Below, piece by piece: positions 43,491-53,468 of a stretch of DNA of 64,000 bases. Each line of letters starts with the position of its first letter. The first letter of the stretch is position 1. The notes beneath the pieces were generated by a model, which saw only the letters and a list, made by a program, of their open reading frames with translations, had not been told where the DNA came from and ran no database searches. Source of the DNA: Eubacteriales bacterium. Lineage in GTDB: Bacteria > Bacillota > Clostridia > Oscillospirales > CAG-272. The translations under genes were made by a program, and so were the position numbers. Location of the stretch: positions 5,453-69,452 of the forward strand of contig JAZRAE010000049.1 in the NCBI GenBank assembly GCA_045634385.1, given 5' to 3'.

Positions 43491-46373
43491 ATGAAGATAA
43501 ACGAAAGGATCTATGGATTTACCGTCCAATCACAATCCCGTATAAACGAGGTGGATGGCGTTCTGTATGATTTAATCCACGATAAAAGCGGAGCAAGGCT
43601 TTTATATCTTGACAGAGCGGACGAAAACAAAACGTTCGCAATAGGATTTAAAACCATACCTACAGACGATACGGGCGTGTTTCACATAATGGAGCACTCA
43701 GTCCTCTGCGGTTCAAAAAAATTCCCGGTAAAAGACCCGTTCACCGAGCTTGTCAAGGGCTCTATAACCACCTATCTCAACGCCTTCACCTCAGGGGATA
43801 AGACCATTTACCCTGTCTCAAGCAAAAATGATAAGGCATTTCTCGGTCTTGTAGACGTGTACCTTGATGCCGTGCTCAACCCTCTCGCACTTGAAAACCC
43901 CTTTATCTTTATGCAAGAGGGACACAGGCTTGAGCTTGACGATGACGGCAAGCTCAACATCACAGGCGTAGTGTACAACGAGATGAAGGGCGTGTATTCC
44001 TCAGCAGATGAATATGCCGACTACCTCATAACGAGGAGAGTGTCACCCGGCGGTACTTATAGCTACGACTCAGGCGGAAACCCGGACTATATCCCAAATC
44101 TAACATACGAGGACTTCAAAGCAGCGCACGCTAAATTCTACCATCCGTCAAACGCTTGTCTGTTCCTCGACGGTGAAGTAAAGCTTGACGAGGTGCTTCC
44201 TCTTATCGACTCATACCTTTGCGAGTATGATAGACGCGAATGTGATATTTTCATTGATGACGGCAGACCGCCCATTACCGAGCCTCTCTCCACATCTTAC
44301 CCCATAGAAGACGAAGAGGATCCAACCGATAAAACACGGATATACATCTGCCACAACACACTCCCTCACGCGGAAAGATACAAAAACTCCGCGCTTTCCC
44401 TCGTCTGTGAGGCACTCGCTGACTCCAATAATGCACCATTAACCAAAAGAATACTTGACACAGGTCTGTGCGAAAGCTTTACGTTTTTCTCTACCCGTTC
44501 TTATAGTCTTAATGCCTTGAACGCTATATTCATCGGAGTAAAGGATGGAAAAGAATCCGAGCTTCTCGGTGTTTATGAGAAAGCATTAGAGGATATTCTT
44601 CTCGCAGGAATATCTAATGAGAATCTTTCCTCCGCACTTGGCAGACGCGAGTTCCACGTCAGAGAATCCGACTTTGGCACATATCCTGCCGGAATGGCGT
44701 ATATGAGCTCCTGTCTTGAGTATGCACTGTTTGGCGAAGATCCGCGAGAACCGTTAAAATACGAGGATCTTCTCGCATTTCTGCGTGAAAAGCTCAACAC
44801 GGGGTACTATGAAAGTCTACTCAAGGAGGTGCTTGCATCTCCTTCGGCAAAACTGTTTTTACACCCGGATAACAGCTTTACAGAGAAAAAAGAAGCAGAA
44901 CTTCGTTCCAAGCTTGATGCTATGCTGCTTAATATGAGCGACAGCGATAAGGAATCCCTATCTCTGCAAAACAAGCTGTTTGCCGAGTGGCAAATGACCC
45001 CAAATACCGCCGATGAGCTTGCGAGCTTGCCCACGTTGGCAATAGAGGATCTAAAATCGGAGCCTCGCAAAATCCCCACAGAGATTTCAAGCTTTAGGGG
45101 ATGTGAAATAATTCATCATCCCATCTATACGGGCGGAATATCATATCCCGAGTTATTCTTTGACATCAGCGATGTCCCTCCCGAGGATATACCATATGTA
45201 AGGCTCTTCTCGGATATGCTGTCCGAATGGGATACCGAGCTCGGATGTGTAAGTGACTTCCGCAACAGGGTGAAAAAACATCTCGGTGCGTTTTATTTGA
45301 CTCCGCATCCTACAAAGAACAAGGATCAGGTCAAGCTCTATCTGTCCTTAAAGCTCTCCTGCCTTGAAAAAGAAAAAGATACTGCACTTGAGCTTATCCG
45401 CGAACATCTATATTTCACATTATTTAACGATAGGGATCTGCTCGCGAAGAACGTAAAACAGCTTTACACCTATTCGGTTGAAAGTATCATATCCCGAGGT
45501 GACGCCTTTGCAATGATGCGTGATGCAGCAAAGCACTCACCTTTTGAAGCGCTTAGCGAATCTCTCTTCGGTCACAGCTATCATTTGTTTGTAAAGAAAC
45601 TTTCCGAAGAAATAGAGATGAGGGCAAACGACGTCCTTGAACGCTTTGAAAAAATCAGAGATAAATACTTCCGACGCGAAAGACTCACCGTCGGTATCAC
45701 CGAGCCCTCCGGTATTGAATTTGCCGAGCGAATTATATCGATCATCAAGGGCGGTGGCGAAAAGGCGGGAGCGTGCAGAGTTACTACCTTGCCAAGGATA
45801 AACGAGGGCATTGCCGCCCCCGTAACTGTTTCATTTGCCGCGAGGACAGGAAATCTCAACGAAATAGGCGAAAATCTCTACACGGGTGCCTTCTCTTTAA
45901 TATCAAACATCATATCCTTTGAGCTTCTGTGGAACGAGATCAGATTGAAGAACGGTGCATACGACACCGGATTTACAGCAAAGCCCAACAGCGCAACAGT
46001 CGGTTGCTATTCGTTCCGCGACCCCTCTCCTGAAAGCTCCGTTTTCTTCTTTGATAACATCAAGGACGAGATTGACGCATTTCTTGCCGAGTCCCCGAGC
46101 CTGCTAAAATACATCATCGGTGTTATAGGCTCAAGCGATACAGTATCTACTCCTAGAAACGACGGTTCAATCGCTACAAGACATTATCTTGCGGGCAAAA
46201 CGCACGAGGATATAGTGAAGTCACGAAACGAGTGTCTTGAGGCAACAATAGATGAGCTTGCAAGATTGTCCGATCTGATCGGCAAGGTTATGGAAAAATC
46301 GACCTTCACCATAGTCGGTCCGCGTGATACTCTCGAGAATATAAAGAATATCGAAAATATACTTGATATATGA
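43491..46373 (+). CDS. M16-family (insulinase/PreP-like) zinc metallopeptidase
   Basis: Inverted zinc motif HXXEH in GVFHIMEHSVLCGS. 960 aa, PreP-like size. Confidence 0.85.
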   Translation: MKINERIYGFTVQSQSRINEVDGVLYDLIHDKSGARLLYLDRADENKTFAIGFKTIPTDDTGVFHIMEHSVLCGSKKFPVKDPFTELVKGSITTYLNAFTSGDKTIYPVSSKNDKAFLGLVDVYLDAVLNPLALENPFIFMQEGHRLELDDDGKLNITGVVYNEMKGVYSSADEYADYLITRRVSPGGTYSYDSGGNPDYIPNLTYEDFKAAHAKFYHPSNACLFLDGEVKLDEVLPLIDSYLCEYDRRECDIFIDDGRPPITEPLSTSYPIEDEEDPTDKTRIYICHNTLPHAERYKNSALSLVCEALADSNNAPLTKRILDTGLCESFTFFSTRSYSLNALNAIFIGVKDGKESELLGVYEKALEDILLAGISNENLSSALGRREFHVRESDFGTYPAGMAYMSSCLEYALFGEDPREPLKYEDLLAFLREKLNTGYYESLLKEVLASPSAKLFLHPDNSFTEKKEAELRSKLDAMLLNMSDSDKESLSLQNKLFAEWQMTPNTADELASLPTLAIEDLKSEPRKIPTEISSFRGCEIIHHPIYTGGISYPELFFDISDVPPEDIPYVRLFSDMLSEWDTELGCVSDFRNRVKKHLGAFYLTPHPTKNKDQVKLYLSLKLSCLEKEKDTALELIREHLYFTLFNDRDLLAKNVKQLYTYSVESIISRGDAFAMMRDAAKHSPFEALSESLFGHSYHLFVKKLSEEIEMRANDVLERFEKIRDKYFRRERLTVGITEPSGIEFAERIISIIKGGGEKAGACRVTTLPRINEGIAAPVTVSFAARTGNLNEIGENLYTGAFSLISNIISFELLWNEIRLKNGAYDTGFTAKPNSATVGCYSFRDPSPESSVFFFDNIKDEIDAFLAESPSLLKYIIGVIGSSDTVSTPRNDGSIATRHYLAGKTHEDIVKSRNECLEATIDELARLSDLIGKVMEKSTFTIVGPRDTLENIKNIENILDI

Positions 46374-46391
46374 CTTTTTGTCTTTACAGGT

Positions 46392-46431
46392 AAAAAAACA
46401 CGATCAGCTTTTTGCTTGATCGTGTTTTTTT
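46392..46431. terminator. bidirectional terminator between the M16 peptidase and DUF1667 genes
   Basis: ACACGATCA-N10-TGATCGTGT, flanked by A7 and T7 runs. Confidence 0.8.
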
Positions 46432-46453
46432 ATTTCTGTTTGGCATGATATTT

Positions 46454-46819
46454 TTATGCTTTGTGCTCCGCCGTCGCTACAACATTAACACCCGTTCCGC
46501 ATACATTGGCAATAACAACATCACCAATCTTAATGTCGTTAGGTGCAACAACCGCGTTGATGGATGCCATAACATCAAATATTTTTTCTTTCGGTATTGG
46601 TGTTGCTGTCTTTACCGCAACAACTTCTCCGCCTTCACAACGCACAGTTGTGGTAACTGTACGCACGGGGGCGGTGCACTCCGCATAGGCGTAATCCTTG
46701 CCTCTTGGGCAGGTATATCCGGAAATATTGTTTATTGCACCCTGCTCGTCAAACTCAACCGCAAGATCACATCCCTTAGGACAGACGATGCACGTAAGCT
46801 TTCTTTCTTTCATACTCAT
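46454..46819 (-). CDS. DUF1667 domain protein (small subunit of the GlpA-like flavoprotein trio)
   Basis: N-terminal CIVCPKGC motif, about 121 aa, start immediately after the upstream stop. Confidence 0.75.
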   Translation of the reverse strand: MSMKERKLTCIVCPKGCDLAVEFDEQGAINNISGYTCPRGKDYAYAECTAPVRTVTTTVRCEGGEVVAVKTATPIPKEKIFDVMASINAVVAPNDIKIGDVVIANVCGTGVNVVATAEHKA

Positions 46820-46820
46820 T

Positions 46821-48086
46821 TTACACCCCCTCAATCGAGAACGTCAAGGTAGTATTCGGCTGACATTCCGACAACATTTTCTCAGTAAGGAGAACCGTCT
46901 CCATTTCACCCGGAGCCACCTTCTGCTTCTTTTTCTCAAGAATAACTCGCTCTCCGTCTCTTACGACTATCCTTACGTCGCAGTAGACGTTGGCTACTCT
47001 GAAGTAGACCTTAGTTTTTTCAAGAGAGGTGATTCTCTGGGGCACTGTATATCTGATTTTGCCGTCGGTTACGAGATTTAGCCCTATACCGTGTGACTTT
47101 TCACCGTTAATATACTTAACTGCCGCCTCTCCCGCAATCACAGCTTCCTCGGAAACATAGTCTACGAGATCGTGTACGTGGAGCACGTTGCCGCAAGCAA
47201 AAACGCCGGGAATTTCTGTCTCTCTGTCTCCATCAACGACAGCGCCACCGGTGATTCTGTCAAGCTTGATTCCCGATGCTTTTGTAAGCTCATTTTCGGG
47301 AATAAGGCCGCACGAGAGAAGCAGTGTATCACAGGAAATTGTCTGCCTTGTTTCCTCTATAGGCCTTCTGTTTTCATCCACCTTTGCGATGGTGACTGCT
47401 GTGAGTCTGTCCTTGCCGTGGATATCCACTACCGTATGACTAAGCATAAGCGGAATACCAAAGTCGTTAAGGCACTGCTCTATGTTTCTTGCCAAACCGC
47501 CCGAATACGGCATAAGCTCGCACACGGCTTTTACCTTTGCTCCTTCAAGCGTCATTCTTCTCGCCATAATGAGACCGATGTCTCCCGAGCCTAAAATAAC
47601 AACCTCACGCCCGGGCATAAGTCCCTTCATATTAACAAACTTTTGTGCTGTGCCGGCAGTATAGATTCCCGCAGGACGAGTTCCGGCAATATTGAGCGCC
47701 CCCTTAGGTCTTTCACGGCAGCCCATGGCAAGAATAATTGCCTTGGCACAAATTTTAAATATACCGCACTCACGATTCATTGCGGTCACAACCTTATTCT
47801 CATCCACGTCTATGACCATCGTGCCGAGCATAAATGGAATTCCGTATTCCTTGACCTGCTTTTCATATCTGTAAGCGTACTCCGGGCCGGTCAATTCCTC
47901 ACCAAAACGATGCAGACCAAATCCATTGTGTATACATTGACGGAGAATACCGCCGAGCGCATCGTCTCTTTCAAGTATGAGGATATCCTTCTCGCCCTTT
48001 TCATATGCTGCAACCGCTGCAGCCATACCCGCAGGACCGCCACCTATAACGACGAGGTTTACGTGTCTCAAATTATTCTCTAACAT
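46821..48086 (-). CDS. NAD(P)/FAD-dependent pyridine-nucleotide-disulfide-type oxidoreductase
   Basis: Two dinucleotide folds: VVIGGGPAGMAAA and VVILGSGDIGLIMA. Confidence 0.8.
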   Translation of the reverse strand: MLENNLRHVNLVVIGGGPAGMAAAVAAYEKGEKDILILERDDALGGILRQCIHNGFGLHRFGEELTGPEYAYRYEKQVKEYGIPFMLGTMVIDVDENKVVTAMNRECGIFKICAKAIILAMGCRERPKGALNIAGTRPAGIYTAGTAQKFVNMKGLMPGREVVILGSGDIGLIMARRMTLEGAKVKAVCELMPYSGGLARNIEQCLNDFGIPLMLSHTVVDIHGKDRLTAVTIAKVDENRRPIEETRQTISCDTLLLSCGLIPENELTKASGIKLDRITGGAVVDGDRETEIPGVFACGNVLHVHDLVDYVSEEAVIAGEAAVKYINGEKSHGIGLNLVTDGKIRYTVPQRITSLEKTKVYFRVANVYCDVRIVVRDGERVILEKKKQKVAPGEMETVLLTEKMLSECQPNTTLTFSIEGV

Positions 48087-48098
48087 ATTTGCCTCCCG

Positions 48099-49535
48099 TT
48101 ATTTTATGCCTTTTGATGTTATGTTGACGTTGATATAAGAGTTGCCGCCCGACTTGGTTATCTCGGTCACGGGAATACCCATCTCACGTGAAAGAAGATC
48201 AACCATATAAGGAGTACAGAATCCACCCTGGCATCTGCCCATAGAGGCTCTCGTTCTTCTCTTGATGCCATCTATGCTCGTAGGACGGGGATTGGTTCTT
48301 ATCGCCTCGATTATTTCACCCGCAGTCACCGTCTCGCAACGGCAAACAACGTGAGCGTAATCGGGGTTGGTTTTTATTATTTCGTTCTTTTCATCTATAG
48401 ATAATTCACGGAAATAATGGAGCGGACGACGCTTACCGTTAAAGCCCGCGTTCGCCTCGAGCTTAACTCCCGCCCCCTTTAACATTTCAACAACGTAAGT
48501 TGCGATAGCAGGAGCTGAAGTAAGTCCGGGACTTTCAATACCCGCACAATTGATAAAGCCCTCGCACGGAGAATTTATGATAAAGTCACCCGTAGAACCC
48601 GTAGCACGAAGACCTGTGAAGGATGTAATTACCTTTCCAAACTGAACCCCCTTGACCTGTTCACCTGCGAGAGCAGAAATACGGCCAAGTCCTATTGCGG
48701 TGGTTGAAGTATCGTTCTTATCGTCAATATCCTCTGCGGTAGGGCCAAGGAGAAGGTTTCCGTCAACCGTAGGTGTTACAAGAACACCCTTGCCCATCTT
48801 TGAGGGGCAACGGAACACGGTGTGGCCTACAAGAGAGCCGCACTCCTTGTCAAGGAGCATATATTCTCCCCTTCTTGGACGCACAAAAAAGCTCTCATCG
48901 CCTACAAGTCTTGCTATCTCATCAGAGAAAACACCCGCACAGTTTATAACATATTTAGCCTCTACGGTGTCATTTTTCGAGGAAATTCTATACACGCCCC
49001 CGACCTTTTCGATCCTTTCCACCTCAAAGTCGAGCTTCAGTTCTGCTCCGTTATCCATCGCATTGCCAACCGCCGCAAGACACAGCTCGTACGGACAAAC
49101 AATAGCACCCGTCTCGGCTCTCAATGCACATGTGACTCCCTCTCCGATATTCGGCTCAAGCTTTAATATTTCATCTCTTTCGAGGAACGAAAGGCCCTTT
49201 ACTCCGTTCTTAATTCCTCTTTTGATAAGCGAGTTCAGCATCGCAGCGTCATCTTCATTAAATCCAACAACGAGTGATCCGTTTCTCTTATACTTTACAC
49301 CAAGCTCGGCGCATAGATCTTCCATCATCTCCGAGCCAAGTACATTGAGTTTTGCTTTAAGAGTTCCCTCTGCAGCATCAAATCCGGCATGAGCAATCGC
49401 ACTGTTTGCACGTGTCGCACCCATAGCGACATCTGACTCTTTATCTACGATACACACCGAGAGCTTGTACTTCATCAGCTCGCGGCATACAAGTCCGCCG
49501 ATAACTCCCGCACCTATTACAACAAAATCAAACAT
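48099..49535 (-). CDS. FAD-dependent oxidoreductase (GlpA/glycerol-3-phosphate dehydrogenase-like) with a BFD-like [2Fe-2S] domain
   Basis: FDFVVIGAGVIGG DAO fold. C-terminal VCRCETVTAGEI...GRCQGGFC. Confidence 0.8.
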   Translation of the reverse strand: MFDFVVIGAGVIGGLVCRELMKYKLSVCIVDKESDVAMGATRANSAIAHAGFDAAEGTLKAKLNVLGSEMMEDLCAELGVKYKRNGSLVVGFNEDDAAMLNSLIKRGIKNGVKGLSFLERDEILKLEPNIGEGVTCALRAETGAIVCPYELCLAAVGNAMDNGAELKLDFEVERIEKVGGVYRISSKNDTVEAKYVINCAGVFSDEIARLVGDESFFVRPRRGEYMLLDKECGSLVGHTVFRCPSKMGKGVLVTPTVDGNLLLGPTAEDIDDKNDTSTTAIGLGRISALAGEQVKGVQFGKVITSFTGLRATGSTGDFIINSPCEGFINCAGIESPGLTSAPAIATYVVEMLKGAGVKLEANAGFNGKRRPLHYFRELSIDEKNEIIKTNPDYAHVVCRCETVTAGEIIEAIRTNPRPTSIDGIKRRTRASMGRCQGGFCTPYMVDLLSREMGIPVTEITKSGGNSYINVNITSKGIK

Positions 49536-49562
49536 TAGTTCCCCTCCGTTTATTTCGCACGT

Positions 49563-50801
49563 CTATACCTGAACCGTCATTTTTTCACTGCTTGATACGT
49601 CGGATGCTATCTTCACAAGAAGGTCTGTTATCTTATCCATATCCTCAACGCATACGTACTCAAATCTCGAGTGGAAGTTAGCGCCGCCCGTACAAAGATT
49701 TGGGCAAGGCAACCCCATAAACGACAGTCTTGATCCATCCGTGCCGCCTCTTATCGGCATAACGATAGGCTCTATATCAAGAGAATGCATAGCAGACTTG
49801 GCACGCTCGACAACAAAGAGATTGTCCTCAATTTTCTCACGCATATTGTAGTAAGAGTCCTTGATGTTGATCGTTACCGTGCCCACTCCGTACTCTGTAT
49901 TCATCTTTTCGCAAAGTTCAAGGAAGAAACGCTTTTTTTCCTCAAATTTTGCCCTATCGTGATCGCGGATAATATAGACAAGTTTTGCCTCTTCGGTAGC
50001 ACCCGTGATAGATAAAAGATGGTGGAATCCCTCATAACCTTCTGTTTTTTCGGGAATCTCATTAGCGGGCAGCCTTGAGTCAAACTCAGCCGCAATTCTC
50101 GCCGCGTTTTTCATCCTGTCCTTAGCAGAGCCCGGATGTATGGAAACACCCTTGATATCAACCCTGCAGGATGCAGCATTGAAATTTTCGTATTCAAGCT
50201 CGCCAAGTCCCCCGCCGTCTACCGTGTAAGCGTAGTCAGCACCAAAACGGTCTACTCTGAAATTATCTGCTCCCTCGCCTATCTCCTCGTCGGGAGTAAA
50301 TGCTATAGATATCTTGCCGTGAGGTACGTTCTTTTCTATCAACACCTCAAGAGCGGTCATTATCTCTGCAATACCGGCTTTATCGTCTGCTCCAATAAGA
50401 GTTGTACCGTCGGAAACAATAAGAGTTTCACCTTTATGCTCCTCAACGTAAGGATAATCCGAAACCTTAAGCCAAATATCCTTTTCCTCATTCAGAAGAA
50501 TATCTCCACCCTTGTAATCAATAAGCTTAGTTTGTATATTCTCATCCGATGCCTCGCTCGAAGTATCCATATGTGCTATAAATCCTATATTATTACACAC
50601 GGCATCCGTGTTAGCGGGTAATTCTGCGTAAACGTAGCCCCACTCGTCAAGCTCAACACCAACAAGTCCGAGTTCTGTCAGCTCACGTACAAGCTCACGC
50701 GCAAGCACGAGTTGTTTCTCGGTTGATGGATGCGTTCCTATCTCCTCGCTTGACATTGTAGGATATTTTGCGTATTTTAAAAATCTCTCGTATGCTCTCA
50801 T
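49563..50801 (-). CDS. pepT: peptidase T (tripeptide aminopeptidase, M20B)
   Basis: FIAHMDTS, GADDKAGIAEI and FTPDEEIG motifs. Start set at MRAYERFLKY after GGAGG. Confidence 0.9.
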   Translation of the reverse strand: MRAYERFLKYAKYPTMSSEEIGTHPSTEKQLVLARELVRELTELGLVGVELDEWGYVYAELPANTDAVCNNIGFIAHMDTSSEASDENIQTKLIDYKGGDILLNEEKDIWLKVSDYPYVEEHKGETLIVSDGTTLIGADDKAGIAEIMTALEVLIEKNVPHGKISIAFTPDEEIGEGADNFRVDRFGADYAYTVDGGGLGELEYENFNAASCRVDIKGVSIHPGSAKDRMKNAARIAAEFDSRLPANEIPEKTEGYEGFHHLLSITGATEEAKLVYIIRDHDRAKFEEKKRFFLELCEKMNTEYGVGTVTINIKDSYYNMREKIEDNLFVVERAKSAMHSLDIEPIVMPIRGGTDGSRLSFMGLPCPNLCTGGANFHSRFEYVCVEDMDKITDLLVKIASDVSSSEKMTVQV

Positions 50802-51046
50802 ATATGCCTCCGTAAAAAGCCGTAAAATACATTTTTCGCATACTACGGCATTGTACTGATATTGTAACATATTATACGAGAAAAATCAACCGCTAAGGAG
50901 CTGTAATTTATTCCTAATCCGGTGATATTTTAAATATAAAGCATCCTAAAATTCTTTTTTTCATTCAATATTTCACCTTCGAAACCGGATTAGTAAGAAA
51001 AAATGCGTAAAATTTACATTTTTTTCATATTATTTTAATATATTTA

Positions 51047-51075
51047 TTGACAAGTATATAACTATATGTTAAAAT
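51047..51075 (+). promoter_or_regulatory. promoter of the PC4/YdbC-like gene
   Basis: TTGACA-N17-TAAAAT. Confidence 0.5.
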
Positions 51076-51142
51076 AAATAAAAATAGATAATTTAAAATA
51101 AAAATCTTTTTAATAAATACATAACATAAGGAGAAAACAAAA

Positions 51143-51367
51143 ATGCCTGAAATCAAGTATGAAGTAGTTGACAAGATCGGTATCGTTAGCGAAGGCAACA
51201 ACGGCTGGAACAAGGAGCTTAATCTTATCAGCTGGAATGAGAGAGAGCCCGTTTATGACATCCGTACCTGGTCTCCCGATCATGAGAAGATGGGCAAGGG
51301 CGTTACCATTTCTGTTGAAGAAGCTAAGGCTCTTCGTGATATGCTCAACAAGCTTAACCTCGACTAA
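51143..51367 (+). CDS. YdbC/PC4-like single-stranded DNA-binding family protein
   Basis: 74 aa. ...GWNKELNLISWNEREPVYDIRTWSPDHEKMGKGVTI... resembles the bacterial PC4/YdbC family. Strong RBS AAGGAGAA and its own promoter and terminator. Confidence 0.65.
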   Translation: MPEIKYEVVDKIGIVSEGNNGWNKELNLISWNEREPVYDIRTWSPDHEKMGKGVTISVEEAKALRDMLNKLNLD

Positions 51368-51390
51368 TTCGCATTTTTTCGCACATCTAT

Positions 51391-51430
51391 AAATAAAGAA
51401 CGGACTCAATTCAGAGTCCGTTCTTTATTT
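51391..51430. terminator. bidirectional terminator after the PC4-like gene and the serine hydrolase gene
   Basis: 17-bp stem AAATAAAGAACGGACTC/GAGTCCGTTCTTTATTT. Confidence 0.8.
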
Positions 51431-51485
51431 ATATTGGTTAGGTTAGCGGATATCTCGATAAGGATCGTATTGATCACAAAGTTGA

Positions 51486-53468
51486 TCACTTATCATTTTC
51501 CTTCCCTATTTCATCATCTTCCTTCGTTTTTTGCGGTATCTTCGACTTTATCTTGTCAACGATCTCGCTAAGGAATCCGCGATGGGATAATTCATCCTCA
51601 TCATCATGCAAGAGCTTATCTATCAAGGTATCAACGATTTTAGTCGTCTTTTCTCCAAGCTTAAGCTTTTCTCTTTCCTCGTCCATTATACGCGTGTAGT
51701 TTTCGGATCCTATACGCGCACCGATAAGCCTTGGTGCAAATGTGTCCGTCATGCGCTTATTGGCGGTGTTCTTGCCGATTCTCTTTTCAATGATATCCAT
51801 ATACGCGTTCATCTTGGGGTTCGTAACGTTCATTTCCTTTAGGAAAACGTTGGCGATCTCCTCGTTCGGTATTTCCGACATTCTCATAAGAAGTTTATCA
51901 TCATCCGTGAAGGAGAGCTTTATCATACGTGTGTTTGGCAGTTCGGGGAACAGAAGCTCAAGCTTGTAGAGCATATTCCTGTCCTCATCCTCCATAGCCT
52001 CACCCATAACCCTAACTATATACTTCTCTCCGTGCAGATCGATTACGGTTTCTTTAAAGTCGGAAAATCCAACCTCGAGTCGATAAGATATTCCGCCCTC
52101 GGAGTATATGAAGAATATAGAATCTCCATCGCGTTCAAACTCTATACCGTCAACAGAGCTACGCAAATTGTTCTGCATTGCCCTGACGACAAGAGGAACC
52201 ATTCCGACAGAGTTCTTGGAGAAATGATACTTTCCTATCAGATCATTCCATTCCTCCGGGTAATGAGTATGATGTTTTAGACCAAGTCTGTGTCCAAAGC
52301 CTTTTTTGGAAACGTACGGCCTTATCCAATGCCTGGACTCAAAGAAATGCTTTTCGGCATAACGAAGATCGACGAGATCTCCGCTAAAACAAGACTCGGA
52401 AAGATCATTAGATAAATCTATAGACAAATATTTTTCAAGTATTTCACGCGCAGGGCTATTCTGAAACAGTTCGTTGTTGCCTGATAGAATTACAACCACA
52501 AGATCGTTATCAGGGCAAATCCACACGTTCTGTCCGAGCATACCGTTAAAGAGATAATCATTGCCTCTGCTCGATGACCAGAGCTGATAACCGTAATCAA
52601 ACTTACCCACAGAGTCAGGTGTCTTGGCGTGCCTTTGATGAGACTCGTTTACCCATTTCTCTGACAATATCCGCTTGTCGTCAAACACACCGCCGGAAAG
52701 CATCATATAGCCTATTTTTGCCCAGCTCTCACAGGACAGATATAACCCCCATCCGCCCTTCTCAATACCCTCGGCGCTCTTTTCCCAAAACCTGTTGGTG
52801 ATATGAAGCGGACCAAACAAACGCTCGTCAAGAAATTCGGTCATACTCTTTCCCGCAATCTTTACTACGATCGTTGATAGGATATAAGAGTTCATACTGT
52901 TGTAAGCAAAATCCGTCCCCGGCTCAAAAGCACAGGCGGATGAAAAGAATGCATCCGACCACTTAGCCTCTGTGACAGATCCTGCCTCCGAAAACTTGAT
53001 TCCGGTACTCATCGTCAAAAGATGCTTTACCGTTATTTTATTAAAATTCGGGTCCTTATAATTACGCTCGGGGAATATCTCACAAAGAGGGGTGTTAACA
53101 TCAAGCTTACCGTCATCAACGAGCAAGCCTATTGCAATACCCGTAACAGTCTTACTCATAGAGTGCGACAGATGCCACGTGTTTACGCTGTATCCGGGGT
53201 GTGCGCATTCACATATGACCTCTCCGCCTTTTACACACATAAGAGCATGAATATTGGAGCTTTTATTTTTTTCAAGAGCCTTCAGCATTGCCAACAGACG
53301 TCCTGACGATACTCCTTTTTTCTCGGGATATGTCCTGTGAAAATATTGCGCCTCTTCGCCGCATATATCCGTTTTTTGAGGATAATAAGGAACAACCGAA
53401 GGATTGCTCTTGCCGGTAAATACAAGGCCCGCGCCAAGCTCAATCGTTCTTTTTACCCATCTTTCCAT
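51486..53468 (-). CDS. serine hydrolase (beta-lactamase/transpeptidase-like fold) with a roughly 250-aa C-terminal extension
   Basis: SxxK motif SHSMSKTV, a YxN-like YNSMN, 660 aa, no signal peptide, charged tail. Confidence 0.7.
   Translation of the reverse strand: MERWVKRTIELGAGLVFTGKSNPSVVPYYPQKTDICGEEAQYFHRTYPEKKGVSSGRLLAMLKALEKNKSSNIHALMCVKGGEVICECAHPGYSVNTWHLSHSMSKTVTGIAIGLLVDDGKLDVNTPLCEIFPERNYKDPNFNKITVKHLLTMSTGIKFSEAGSVTEAKWSDAFFSSACAFEPGTDFAYNSMNSYILSTIVVKIAGKSMTEFLDERLFGPLHITNRFWEKSAEGIEKGGWGLYLSCESWAKIGYMMLSGGVFDDKRILSEKWVNESHQRHAKTPDSVGKFDYGYQLWSSSRGNDYLFNGMLGQNVWICPDNDLVVVILSGNNELFQNSPAREILEKYLSIDLSNDLSESCFSGDLVDLRYAEKHFFESRHWIRPYVSKKGFGHRLGLKHHTHYPEEWNDLIGKYHFSKNSVGMVPLVVRAMQNNLRSSVDGIEFERDGDSIFFIYSEGGISYRLEVGFSDFKETVIDLHGEKYIVRVMGEAMEDEDRNMLYKLELLFPELPNTRMIKLSFTDDDKLLMRMSEIPNEEIANVFLKEMNVTNPKMNAYMDIIEKRIGKNTANKRMTDTFAPRLIGARIGSENYTRIMDEEREKLKLGEKTTKIVDTLIDKLLHDDEDELSHRGFLSEIVDKIKSKIPQKTKEDDEIGKENDK

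Noticed and set aside
51486-53468. Calling this gene a beta-lactamase resistance gene.
   Set aside because: It has no signal peptide and only the generic SxxK serine-hydrolase fold. Most such proteins are esterases or peptidases, so a resistance call is not justified.
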